From Candidatus Thalassarchaeaceae archaeon (GTDB lineage: Archaea > Thermoplasmatota > Poseidoniia > Poseidoniales > Thalassarchaeaceae), in assembly GCA_030747675.1 (NCBI GenBank), contig JASLKH010000075.1:1-23533 (forward strand): a stretch of DNA of 23,533 bases. Direction: 5' to 3'. Position 1 is the first letter of the stretch. Every line of letters begins with the position of its first letter. Below are positions 8,248-17,346 of this stretch, in pieces. The notes beneath the pieces were generated by a model. It was not told where the DNA came from and did not search any database. It was given only the letters and a program-made list of their open reading frames with translations. Position numbers and translations under genes: made by a program.

Positions 8248-10026
8248 TTAAAGACGGTGTTGGCTCTTTGCAAGACGACCTACGCCTCCTTTCCATTCCC
8301 AACCTGCAGCTAAGCAACGGGCTGAGCCGATCAACTCATCCTTTCTGACAATAAGGACTTCTTCACCAATTCGTAAGTCTGACGGAGATGACAGAACCAT
8401 GTGGTTGAAAATGTCGCCTTTCCAAGGCGTATCACCTCCAATTTCGACAATTCGCAAGGTATTAGTTTCAAGAAGGCGGGGGAGCATTGCTTTGGTAAAC
8501 GAAAAACGACCCGTGTCGGGGTGCCATTGAGCCATCTGTTGTTTATCCTTAAGCAAAAGCCAACGAGGAGGTTTGCCCCCAACCCGAAGGCCTTCTAACC
8601 AATTGTCAGTACCAAATTGCCAATTTGATAGTGATGAAAATTGATGAAAAAGTAACTTCTTTTCGCGGATGTTTTCGAGCCCGAAGTCTTCGGCGGCTGC
8701 ATTGACAGCCTCTTGTAATACTGCGCATGCGGCTTTGGAAGAAGCCCCTTTGCCTTCCAAGCGGGTATTTATGATATCCACGTCTAAATTCAACGGGACC
8801 CCAGAATGATTGATGACGCGTTTGTATCCGACTCTTTCAACAAGATTTTTCACCATTCGTTCGATTGTTACAAGTTCGTCTGCATCCCAATCCCCAGTTA
8901 CAGGAACATCATAGTGAGCCGCAGGCCACTGTTCCTCAAGTTCTCGAGGAACAAGTCCAAGTGGGCTTGTCACAATCACTTGGTGAGCACTTCTATTCCG
9001 AATTGCATTACGGAAAAAGCGATGGCTTTGAGAACGTGAATATGGTTTTCTAGCCGAGCAAGGAAGCAGTATGAGAACTTCACTTTGCTCTACAGGAGGG
9101 GTGTAAAAATTTTCCATTCGGTGAATCCAATCTTGGACAAGAGGGTCTTCTCGACTCACAGCTGAATGGCAACGGAAACGTTGGCCATTGCTCACATACC
9201 GTGCTAACGGTGCTGATTCAGATAGCATTGCATCATGGTGACGTAAATGTTCAACAAGTCTTGGGCTATTGAGGGACTGCTTTTCCGCCAATTCACGAAG
9301 GGTGCCATTGGAAATCGCTGCACGTGTCGAGGAAATTGATGCCTTCCATTCGGCAATCTGGGCTTCAATACCAGATGATTCGCCAGTAGTACTGTCAACG
9401 TTCCTTGGACCATCTCGCGACAAGAGGATATTATGAGATACTGCTTGTTGTGAGCGAGAAATATCAAACAAATCTAAACCAAACCATGCCAATATTGCAA
9501 GATTATCTGGGCCCCCTACCCCTGGAGCCCAAAGCAAGGCTCCAGGGAAGCGCTCTCTCAAAATATGAATTGCCTGAATGAATCGACCAGGGTGCCCCGC
9601 AAGTTGGATAGCATCCAAAATAACGACTATTTCAGGAGACAATTCGGAATCGATTAGAGATGTATCATGTACCAAGCGTTGCCAAGTTACTGGCAGTAAA
9701 GCACCAACTGATAGCCCCTGCCCAGAGTTTGCTTCTTGCAGTGAAGGAGGAAGTGTATGGCCTTCCGTTGCACTGTATTTCGGGATGTCACCATCTCCGA
9801 AAGGGAATGACCAATTTCCACGTGATTCAATTTCCAACGTTGCAGGCAATGTGCTTGAATCGTGATGGGTTGTGAAAGGTGCCAAGTTGATTTCCAACAA
9901 AGGGTCGGATTCCGACAGTATTAGACCAGGTGTAAAGGCACTTGGATTTGATCTATCGCCAAGCCCAAAAATGCGCGCGTGACGCCATCGCGCCATCACG
10001 GTTCGCGCTAGCGGCTTGTGCTCCAT
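8248..10026 (-). CDS. arcS: Archaeosine synthase alpha subunit (ArcS/TgtA2): degenerate TGT-like N-terminus, ArcS core and C-terminal PUA domain
   Basis: Hallmark LLPCSARKPYSRSQSH and VIVTSPLGLVPRELEEQWPAAHYDVPVTGDW, LRELAEKQSLNSPRLVEHLR, and C-terminal PUA-like GDIF...LRIGEEVLIV...LIGSAR. ATG 10026 preferred over TTG 10041. Confidence 0.9.
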   Translation of the reverse strand: MEHKPLARTVMARWRHARIFGLGDRSNPSAFTPGLILSESDPLLEINLAPFTTHHDSSTLPATLEIESRGNWSFPFGDGDIPKYSATEGHTLPPSLQEANSGQGLSVGALLPVTWQRLVHDTSLIDSELSPEIVVILDAIQLAGHPGRFIQAIHILRERFPGALLWAPGVGGPDNLAILAWFGLDLFDISRSQQAVSHNILLSRDGPRNVDSTTGESSGIEAQIAEWKASISSTRAAISNGTLRELAEKQSLNSPRLVEHLRHHDAMLSESAPLARYVSNGQRFRCHSAVSREDPLVQDWIHRMENFYTPPVEQSEVLILLPCSARKPYSRSQSHRFFRNAIRNRSAHQVIVTSPLGLVPRELEEQWPAAHYDVPVTGDWDADELVTIERMVKNLVERVGYKRVINHSGVPLNLDVDIINTRLEGKGASSKAACAVLQEAVNAAAEDFGLENIREKKLLFHQFSSLSNWQFGTDNWLEGLRVGGKPPRWLLLKDKQQMAQWHPDTGRFSFTKAMLPRLLETNTLRIVEIGGDTPWKGDIFNHMVLSSPSDLRIGEEVLIVRKDELIGSARCLAAGWEWKGGVGRLAKSQHRL

Positions 10027-10089
10027 AGATGCGGCTGCCAATACACTTGCCTTGAATGATTCTAAAGGGGATGTGTTGGAGGACGGGGC

Positions 10090-11886
10090 ATGCGGAGCTG
10101 CTCGGCCATCTGTGCAATTCTCATGATGCTCTGCATAGTCCCATACTCTCCATTCAATAATGCACTTGGCGAAACTCCAATGGGGAGTGAAGATTCAACT
10201 GTTGAGAGTGAGCCACTTGTATCATTCTTTAATGGGACACTTGCTGATCACCAAGATTCAGATTCGTTCACAACCGACTCAACTTCTCAATCGGTTCACA
10301 AAATCAGCATTCTAAATTCCACTTCAGATCTCTACATTGAAGTGTCTGGTGCAGAGGGTAAGGTAGCCGAAATAATTGGAAGTACTGGGACATTTCTGCA
10401 TTTCAGTGGTGAATTCAATGCCGTTACAATTGATATTACAAGCGCAAACTTTTCAGGACCCAATTCCTATCAACTATTGGTCCACACATATCCAGATGAT
10501 AATTCAATTCAAGTAAAGCCTGATTTCAGTACATTAAATGCGCAATATACTGTTTCAGGTTACATTCACAGTTCTGATACAACGGGTGATTTCATTATTT
10601 TCGAAGTCGGTGGTAATGCTCCTTTGAAACTAACTTGGGAATCCATCGGAGATGTCAATTTCACGGGCCACATGAGTCTCCTTTCTGCCCAACAAACGAC
10701 TACGTTTGATATCCCCAATGGAAGTGGAGAAATTGCGCTGAATACACCTGAAACAGCAATGGGGCAAGATGAATGGGAAATTATTGTCAACGCTAAAGCA
10801 AATGGCACAGGGTGGTGGAGTGTGGCGATTGAAGCAACAGACACCCCAGATGAAAAATGCACATTTGATTGCTCAAGTATAACTGATTTATTGGCCATTA
10901 ATGAGGCGTTTGAATTAGAAAATGATGTCACTTGGCAAGCTTCAGGTCATCTAAGTGAAATTGACGGAGTAGATGTATATCCAATTCACATACCTGGAGA
11001 GAGTTGGGAAACACACCGCCTTATTGCAACAATGACTCCATCAGAAAGTGGCATGGAAGTACAAATTCAGTGTTGGAATAATTCAGGTGAATTTATCTCT
11101 GTAAAGGAAATTGTGAGTGGAACAAATGTTGTCGGATTGAACATGACTCCAGGGTACCACTTCGTCATTGTTCGTCATGGAAGTTCAGCGAGTGGCGGAG
11201 AATATCAACTCAATTTGAATCTAATTAATTCCACAAGTCCCGAGGACGAGCCTATAGATCCAAGTGAATTCGAAGACCTATGGAAAAAATTCCTTCCATT
11301 CTATATCCTCGTCGGAGTACTCCTTCTCAGTCCATTGGCATGGGTACTTTGGTCCATGCGCGGCGTAAATCTTAGGGAAGAAATTCAAACCCATGAACGC
11401 GCAAGGCTACGACATCTCCATGAAAGATTACGGAAATTATTAGCAAGTGATACAACTGATGATGTTGCGATTTCAGATGCGCTTGAGATGTTATCTGCAA
11501 TTCAATGGCGAGCAACCGAATCAGAAATGGGGGAATCTATTCTAACTCATCACACGGAGGCTGTTACTCTAAAGGTATGGAATATAGAAGGAAAGAGTAT
11601 ACTCGTTGGGATCCATATCGAAGAGGCTTCTTGGGAATTGGCTGCCATTCGTTTTGAAGCAATTTCGGGACCGGAGTGGAAGGTTTTAGAGGTTCATCCT
11701 AAATCCCTTTTTGATGGGGACGAAATTTTCCTCGGCACGCTCGAAGCAGGGAGTACTAGCTTCATCCATCTAACCCTTGAAGGAGTTGCAGAAGGCCTAG
11801 ATATTCACCTCTCCGGACTATTAAAGGGCAATCCTATTGCAGCAATTCCTGCCAAAGCCCTGCTACTATTGGGCGAAGAAGAATAA
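10090..11886 (+). CDS. Single-pass surface protein with about 3 divergent PPC-like beta-sandwich domains and a cytoplasmic domain of about 170 aa
   Basis: N-terminal signal peptide. Three G-x-[LI]-x-x-x-D-x-x-D-x-[FY]-like starts (GTLADHQDSDSF, GYIHSSDTTGDF, GHLSEIDGVDVY) and a GYHFVIV...GEYQL end typical of PPC. TM FLPFYILVGVLLLSPLAWVLWSM. Multiple N-x-S/T sequons. Confidence 0.75.
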   Translation: MRSCSAICAILMMLCIVPYSPFNNALGETPMGSEDSTVESEPLVSFFNGTLADHQDSDSFTTDSTSQSVHKISILNSTSDLYIEVSGAEGKVAEIIGSTGTFLHFSGEFNAVTIDITSANFSGPNSYQLLVHTYPDDNSIQVKPDFSTLNAQYTVSGYIHSSDTTGDFIIFEVGGNAPLKLTWESIGDVNFTGHMSLLSAQQTTTFDIPNGSGEIALNTPETAMGQDEWEIIVNAKANGTGWWSVAIEATDTPDEKCTFDCSSITDLLAINEAFELENDVTWQASGHLSEIDGVDVYPIHIPGESWETHRLIATMTPSESGMEVQIQCWNNSGEFISVKEIVSGTNVVGLNMTPGYHFVIVRHGSSASGGEYQLNLNLINSTSPEDEPIDPSEFEDLWKKFLPFYILVGVLLLSPLAWVLWSMRGVNLREEIQTHERARLRHLHERLRKLLASDTTDDVAISDALEMLSAIQWRATESEMGESILTHHTEAVTLKVWNIEGKSILVGIHIEEASWELAAIRFEAISGPEWKVLEVHPKSLFDGDEIFLGTLEAGSTSFIHLTLEGVAEGLDIHLSGLLKGNPIAAIPAKALLLLGEEE

Positions 11887-13023
11887 CTAATTTCGGCGAC
11901 TTTTCGCCTCTTCTCGAACTGATTTCTCGATGTTATCCACAGGTAATCCAAAATCATCCCTGAGTGTTTCAAGAGTCTGTTTCATGTTCTTAGTTATTTT
12001 ACTTGGAACGAATAATTTGAGTAACACTGTGACATCTCCCCTTCCTCTACCTCTTCGACGTGCCATACCACGGCCACTGACGATAATTGTTTCACTAGGC
12101 TTTGAGCCAGCGGGAATTACAATTTTAATCGCCTTTCCATCGATGTGAGGCAACTCAATCGCAGTACCCAATATCATCTCAGGGTAACCAAGAGGCAATG
12201 CCATGATTAATTCCGAACCATCTCGTTCAAACCAAGGATGCTCTTCAGTTTCCAACTGGATGTATAAATCACCACTCATGCCACCACGAATCGGTTCGCC
12301 CATCCCACGCATTCGCATCCGAGTTCCATCTTCAGCACCTGCAGGAATAGTAAATTTTAGTGTTTGAGATTTTGGTTTTACTCCTTCACCTCTGCAATTA
12401 GAGCATGGATTCTTGATAACCCTCCCTTCCCCACCACAATGCGGACAATCACTGACCACTTGTTGTACAAATGGGCCGACTCGTGCCTGTTGTGTAACTC
12501 TGCCCTGTCCGCCACAAGTCGAGCACGATTTACTATCATCTGGATCTTTGGCTCCAGAGCCACCACAAGAGTCGCACTCCGATGGGATTTCTACATCTAA
12601 TTCGATTTCCCCTTCATCATGGATTTCTTCCAAGGTCACAGAATGACGAATTAGGATATCATTCCCTCTTCGGGTCCGAGTACGACCCCCTCCACCTCCA
12701 AACATCGAGGAGAATATTGAATCGAAGCCTCCTGAAAAAAGATCATCTAGATTGATATTTACTCCTTCAAAACCACCTGGTCCGAAAGGTGACCCACCTG
12801 GTGAATCATGCCCAAACATATCATATTGGCGACGTTGGTCTGGATTGGATAGGACTGCATAAGCTTCCTGTACTTCCTTGAAAAGGTGCTCTGATTCGGA
12901 ATCATCAGGGTTCTTGTCAGGATGGTGTTTTCTTGCTAAACTTCGGAATGCCTTCTTTAAATCACCATCTGAGGCATCCTTTGAAACACCAAGGACTTCG
13001 TAATAATCACGTTTCTCTGACAT
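11887..13023 (-). CDS. dnaJ: Chaperone DnaJ (class A/type I J-protein)
   Basis: J domain (KRDYYEVLGV, HPD, FKEVQEAYAVLS), G/F-rich linker, four CxxCxGxG motifs (CDSCGGSG, CSTCGGQG, CPHCGGEG, CSNCRGEG), and a C-terminal domain with IPAGAEDGTRMRMRGMG and HPWFERDG. Confidence 0.98.
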   Translation of the reverse strand: MSEKRDYYEVLGVSKDASDGDLKKAFRSLARKHHPDKNPDDSESEHLFKEVQEAYAVLSNPDQRRQYDMFGHDSPGGSPFGPGGFEGVNINLDDLFSGGFDSIFSSMFGGGGGRTRTRRGNDILIRHSVTLEEIHDEGEIELDVEIPSECDSCGGSGAKDPDDSKSCSTCGGQGRVTQQARVGPFVQQVVSDCPHCGGEGRVIKNPCSNCRGEGVKPKSQTLKFTIPAGAEDGTRMRMRGMGEPIRGGMSGDLYIQLETEEHPWFERDGSELIMALPLGYPEMILGTAIELPHIDGKAIKIVIPAGSKPSETIIVSGRGMARRRGRGRGDVTVLLKLFVPSKITKNMKQTLETLRDDFGLPVDNIEKSVREEAKSRRN

Positions 13024-13083
13024 AGCCGCGCGCCCCCGTTATCCTCGCGTCCGGCCAACCATTCTTGAATCCGACGATTCCAT

Positions 13084-13911
13084 CTACAACTGTGTACCAC
13101 AGTTCTCGCAATATGATTCACCTTCGGGATTGGCATGATTACAGGAATTACAAATGGAACCTGAAGACGGCATGGGGGCACTATTGGGGACGGAAGAAAT
13201 GTTTGATACACCATTGCTTATTTCTTGTGAATACCAATCATCCGCAGCAGGTTGTGTTTCAACAATTGACCGGCTTTCTGGTTCACTGGTCGGTGTAACT
13301 TGGGGGGTGCCGTCGTTTTTCCACTCTGCCCTCAATTTATCCAAAACACCACCAATTAGACCCTTTTCGGGTTCGCTTCGAGTATGAGTTACACCTTGCA
13401 CTGATTCTACTGGACCTGTTTTCCCAGTTACTCTAGCTGATGAACGGCGAACGTGTTCTGATTCTGAAAATAAAGAGACATCGCTAATCTCATCATCTGT
13501 TGAGGTGATTTCAGATGTCAACTTGTCAGTCGTCAATCCACCAATATTGCCATCAAGTTTTTGCAGTGCTTTCATTGAAAGATTACCATCATCAACCCCT
13601 GAAGCATCGGCCTCCAACTCACTCATTGCCAAATCAGCCTTCGACCATACACCTCGATCTTCCGCAGCGTAGTCTTTCTGTAACTTCTTGATATGCTTGC
13701 GACGATGCCATTCGTGATCACGGACCAAACGAGCATTTCTGAATAAAAAAGCACCGATGAGTAGGGAAATTGAATAATAAATTACAACTGACGTCAAAGA
13801 AGTAAGTAGGCGTTCTGAAATTGCCGGAATGATTTGATGCAATGCAACGAATATAAGAGATGGTACAGTCAATAGAAACCAAGAAATGAACTCATTCTTT
13901 TGGTCCGCCAT
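13084..13911 (-). CDS. Membrane protein with 2 N-terminal TM helices, a low-complexity acidic region and a C-terminal Zn ribbon
   Basis: Hydrophobic FISWFLLTVPSLIFVALH and LTSVVIYYSISLLIGAFLF; C-terminal CNSCNHANPEGESYCENCGTQL. ATG 13911 preferred, because the 13977 start overlaps the GT2 gene. Confidence 0.75.
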   Translation of the reverse strand: MADQKNEFISWFLLTVPSLIFVALHQIIPAISERLLTSLTSVVIYYSISLLIGAFLFRNARLVRDHEWHRRKHIKKLQKDYAAEDRGVWSKADLAMSELEADASGVDDGNLSMKALQKLDGNIGGLTTDKLTSEITSTDDEISDVSLFSESEHVRRSSARVTGKTGPVESVQGVTHTRSEPEKGLIGGVLDKLRAEWKNDGTPQVTPTSEPESRSIVETQPAADDWYSQEISNGVSNISSVPNSAPMPSSGSICNSCNHANPEGESYCENCGTQL

Positions 13912-13960
13912 GATTCTACCATCCTGAATCTGGATTTCAACGCATCCCTCAGGAGTTCGT

Positions 13961-15007
13961 CTATGAAATTCGGTCAAGATGAGGTTTGCTACGACTGAAT
14001 ATTCCGAAGAAAAGACCTATGCTAAAGGATATGTGGAGTAATAAAAGAAGTAATGGGACACCAAATATTAACATTGGATTTTTCCAACGCCTCGCTTCAT
14101 CGATTCCAACCAATAACAATGCACAAATGTATAGATTTATTGGAATTAAAAAATTCGAAATACCTCCTGTCGATTGCCCATCAATTGCTAAGCCAAGTAC
14201 TATCATCAACCCAATCCACGGTAAAAATTCACCAATTCGCATCCTCGATCTCGCTTCAACAACGTGTTTCATTCTCCAAAAACCATACCGGTAACCCATT
14301 CCCCACCACCTTTTCAGGCTGTTTCGTTTGGCCATTCGGACACTCGTTTCTGCAGTCCTCCATAATGGCCATCCTGCATCAATAATCCTAAGATTCAATT
14401 CACTATCTTGCGTTGTAATAAAATCTTCATTCCAACCACCTACTTCTTCGAGAACCTCTCGACGATAGAGTGTGAAAGGTGGAATCTTTGTTGCAGATTC
14501 TTTAGAGAATCTTGCAAATTGACCAGAACCACCAAGAGGGGAAGTCAAAGTTGCTTCAGCGCAATCTTCAATGAATGTTCGTGGTAAATCTGATTCGATT
14601 ACTCTTGCACCCAATCCTCCGATTTTTCGGCCCAATTTACCCTCAATTTCAGCAAAGCGTTCTAAACGTACTTCAAGATGATTCTTTGGAACCCAAGCAT
14701 GCCCAATCATCTCAAAGACGTATTCTACATCGTCGCCCAATTGCATTAATGATAAATTTCGGGCATGTGGCACATATTTCCCAGGGTTTTCAAATAATTC
14801 TATCAATGGGCCATTGTTTGTTCTCGATTCAATTGCTAATTTCTCAACTATGTCTCGTGTCCCATCAGTAGAGCCTCCATCATACACCAAAATATGATGC
14901 TTTTCAGCAGAATATGACTGAGTCATTAAACTCCTCAAACAGAGTTCGATATGCGCAGCTTCCTGGAAGGTGGGGATGACTGTGGCCACCACTCCAAAGT
15001 CACGCAT
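13961..15007 (-). CDS. Glycosyltransferase family 2, ExoA-like, with C-terminal TM helices
   Basis: VIPTFQEAAHIELCLRSL, YDGGSTDGTR, PHARNLSL, YRREVLEEVGGWNEDFITTQDSELNLRI, YGFWR and C-terminal hydrophobic helices. AGGAG at 15016-15012 precedes ATG 15007. Confidence 0.9.
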   Translation of the reverse strand: MRDFGVVATVIPTFQEAAHIELCLRSLMTQSYSAEKHHILVYDGGSTDGTRDIVEKLAIESRTNNGPLIELFENPGKYVPHARNLSLMQLGDDVEYVFEMIGHAWVPKNHLEVRLERFAEIEGKLGRKIGGLGARVIESDLPRTFIEDCAEATLTSPLGGSGQFARFSKESATKIPPFTLYRREVLEEVGGWNEDFITTQDSELNLRIIDAGWPLWRTAETSVRMAKRNSLKRWWGMGYRYGFWRMKHVVEARSRMRIGEFLPWIGLMIVLGLAIDGQSTGGISNFLIPINLYICALLLVGIDEARRWKNPMLIFGVPLLLLLLHISFSIGLFFGIFSRSKPHLDRIS

Positions 15008-15090
15008 AGTACTCCTAAAAGCCCGGTACACGTCAAGGTTGCCTACCCGAAACCGAAAAAGACAGGGTTCCACAGCCCCTACTTGTTGCA

Positions 15091-15618
15091 ATGACAAGAA
15101 CTCCGATGCTTACAGTCTCAACTTCCTTGAGATCGCATGAAGATCCTATGCGAGTTGTTGAATCTGTTCAGGTGATTTTTCCAGACTGGGATGTTGAGAA
15201 TATTCCTGAAAAAGGTCAATTTCCAATTACAAGAGATGAAGTGAAATTAACATGTGTTGGATGCTCGCCAGATTCATTTATCGAAGCACTGACTGAACAA
15301 CGAATATTAGATACTGCATTAGATGTAATGTCCATTAAATTGAGAGAAGATGTAACAAAATTTTCAATTGGGAGACAAGCTGCAATTGCTGGGCGAGTCA
15401 CATTTATTCTTGACCAAGAACAACCCATTGGTGGCACTATTGATGTTGACATAGAATGTGAAGAGTTAGATTCTTGGATTGAAGAAGTTACTTGGCATCC
15501 TGGTCGATATGAAGTTCCGAGAAAAATTGGAGATGAACTCCGTATGACTAACTCTGGTAATGTACGCGAATGGTTTGATCGGAATGGGAATCCAACGATA
15601 AATAAGGATGAATACTAA
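15091..15618 (+). CDS. UPF0201/DUF54-type archaeal RNA-binding-fold protein with a C-terminal extension
   Basis: N-terminal SHEDPMRVVESVQVIFP (family-like TED-x-x-KV-x-x-A-x-x-N-x-FP) and FSIGRQAAIAGRVTF...PIGGTIDVDI (family-like L-x-KQAA-x-x-G-x-V-x-F...PLG-x-I-x-V). Alternative ATG at 15106. Confidence 0.7.
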   Translation: MTRTPMLTVSTSLRSHEDPMRVVESVQVIFPDWDVENIPEKGQFPITRDEVKLTCVGCSPDSFIEALTEQRILDTALDVMSIKLREDVTKFSIGRQAAIAGRVTFILDQEQPIGGTIDVDIECEELDSWIEEVTWHPGRYEVPRKIGDELRMTNSGNVREWFDRNGNPTINKDEY

Positions 15619-16655
15619 CCAAGGTTCCCAAATCCTTTCTCTGCTAATTGTCCCACAACTCCAACATCCGCTGGTAACCATTCGAGGTCTCCACTTTCGT
15701 CTTCATCTAACCAACGATACGAATCATGAACACTCAAATTGATTCCAGCAGCATTCACCTTACACTCATAAAAAGCAAGGTTTACAATCATAGATCCATA
15801 ATCGTGGCTTTCTCGTGCTAGGCACTTTCCTATCTCAACATTCAACTCTAATTCTTCCTTCAATTCTCGCTTTAGTGCTGATTGTTCAGTTTCTCCGAAC
15901 TCAACTTTACCCCCTGGAAATTCCCATAGCCCCCCCATCACTTCAGTGGGGGAGCGACGGCATGCCAATATTCGATTGTCATCAGATATTGCAATTGCAC
16001 CGACAACTTGTACTGTCGGCTTCTGTACCAAATATACAGATAATTCATTGATCACTTCCTTCTGCCGAACAATTGATATTTGTTCAGGATGCGGTAAATG
16101 AATGAACAATGCTGGGATTGGGCGTCCATCAATCAACAATACATCCCTTTCAATAGAATTGAGAGTTCGAAAATAAGTCTCATTACATACAAACTTACCA
16201 CAGTCTTCACTGATTTCCACATCTGCATATTTTGCTGCAATCTGCCTCAATGTCGGTGCATGTGATGTTGTGTGTAAAAGAGGGAGGGCTGATTCAATTA
16301 CGGGTGTATTCTTCAATTGGCGACCTGCATTATCCTTGATTCTAAAGTCACATTCATTAATTGCACATAATTCAAGATTTATTTTTACAGAATCCTCTTT
16401 CAAACCAAGATGTATTATTGCATCAGGGAGTTCATCTCTCAGTATCTCTGATGTTCTAACACTCCCTTTTTCATCGACCGAGAGGACTTCACCCCCATAC
16501 TGAATTTCGATCATCTTTTCTGTTACATCAAAGGGTAAACTAGATTCTATTTCCACATCAAATGATTGGCCAATAAGGCTTCTAGCAATGTCTCCAGATA
16601 TGTTTTCGGTGTGCTTACCAAATGGTTGAAAACCTGTGACCCAAACTTTCGCCAT
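15615..16655 (-). CDS. pcp: Fusion of pyroglutamyl-peptidase I (peptidase C15) and a MutT/NudG-type Nudix hydrolase
   Basis: N-terminal domain: VWVTGFQPFG, IIHLG, LELCAIN (catalytic Glu), DFRIKDN, SEDCGKFVCN (catalytic Cys), FIHLP (catalytic His). C-terminal domain: ILACRRS, GLWEFPGGKVEFGETEQSALKRELKEEL (Nudix box G-x5-E-x7-RE-L-x-EE), WLPAD. ATG 16655 preferred. Confidence 0.9.
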   Translation of the reverse strand: MAKVWVTGFQPFGKHTENISGDIARSLIGQSFDVEIESSLPFDVTEKMIEIQYGGEVLSVDEKGSVRTSEILRDELPDAIIHLGLKEDSVKINLELCAINECDFRIKDNAGRQLKNTPVIESALPLLHTTSHAPTLRQIAAKYADVEISEDCGKFVCNETYFRTLNSIERDVLLIDGRPIPALFIHLPHPEQISIVRQKEVINELSVYLVQKPTVQVVGAIAISDDNRILACRRSPTEVMGGLWEFPGGKVEFGETEQSALKRELKEELELNVEIGKCLARESHDYGSMIVNLAFYECKVNAAGINLSVHDSYRWLDEDESGDLEWLPADVGVVGQLAEKGFGNLG

Positions 16656-16735
16656 CCCACAACGCCCCAATAACAGACCGGATGCCCGCATATTTCGGAC
16701 ATAGCATTATGGGGGGGCCCTTGAGGCTACACTAC

Positions 16736-17293
16736 ATGGAGGAACGTGAGATTGAGCGCATGGCAGAAATTGATTCAATGAACCGTTTTGAAGATCAGTC
16801 TGGTAGAGAATCAGCTGATGGGATGCTCATTTTGGCTGATGCACTGACATATGCTGCTGGAGTTGCAGCCGTAATCACTGCTATTGTAAATTCGAAAGAG
16901 GCCGGTTGGTCATTTGATGTCCATGCAAAAATATTGATTGGGGCTGGATTTGGGTTATGGCTCTGTTCACAATCACTAAACAATTTCAGGCGATTGCTCC
17001 CCGTTTGGCTTCGAATTGTCCTAGGTATGAAAATACTTCCTGAAACCTTTGAAGAGCAAAGTTTGGGTGCTAGGAAACGGCGGATGTGGACCATGGTTAT
17101 TGCAGCAATACTGACAATTATAATCGCAATCGAATTCACGAATTCGCAAGTTGTAAGCACCCGATCTGGTGTTCCATTCCACATCGTATTGTGGATTATT
17201 TCTCTGATGGATTTAGCTGTAGCATTACAATGGAAGAAAGTAATCGCGAATGCGAATAAAATACAACGCCGACCTGGTGGATGGAAATATTGA
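16736..17293 (+). CDS. Hypothetical integral membrane protein (about 4 TM helices)
   Basis: ORF open from 16682 (alternative starts 16709 and 16736). Four hydrophobic segments (LTYAAGVAAVITAIV; ILIGAGFGLWLC; MVIAAILTIIIAI; VPFHIVLWIISLMDLAVAL). No family recognised. Confidence 0.7.
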   Translation: MEEREIERMAEIDSMNRFEDQSGRESADGMLILADALTYAAGVAAVITAIVNSKEAGWSFDVHAKILIGAGFGLWLCSQSLNNFRRLLPVWLRIVLGMKILPETFEEQSLGARKRRMWTMVIAAILTIIIAIEFTNSQVVSTRSGVPFHIVLWIISLMDLAVALQWKKVIANANKIQRRPGGWKY

Positions 17294-17346
17294 ACAAACA
17301 GCCGATAGAATTGAACACAAGATAATGCCAGAGAGAAGTGAGGAAG

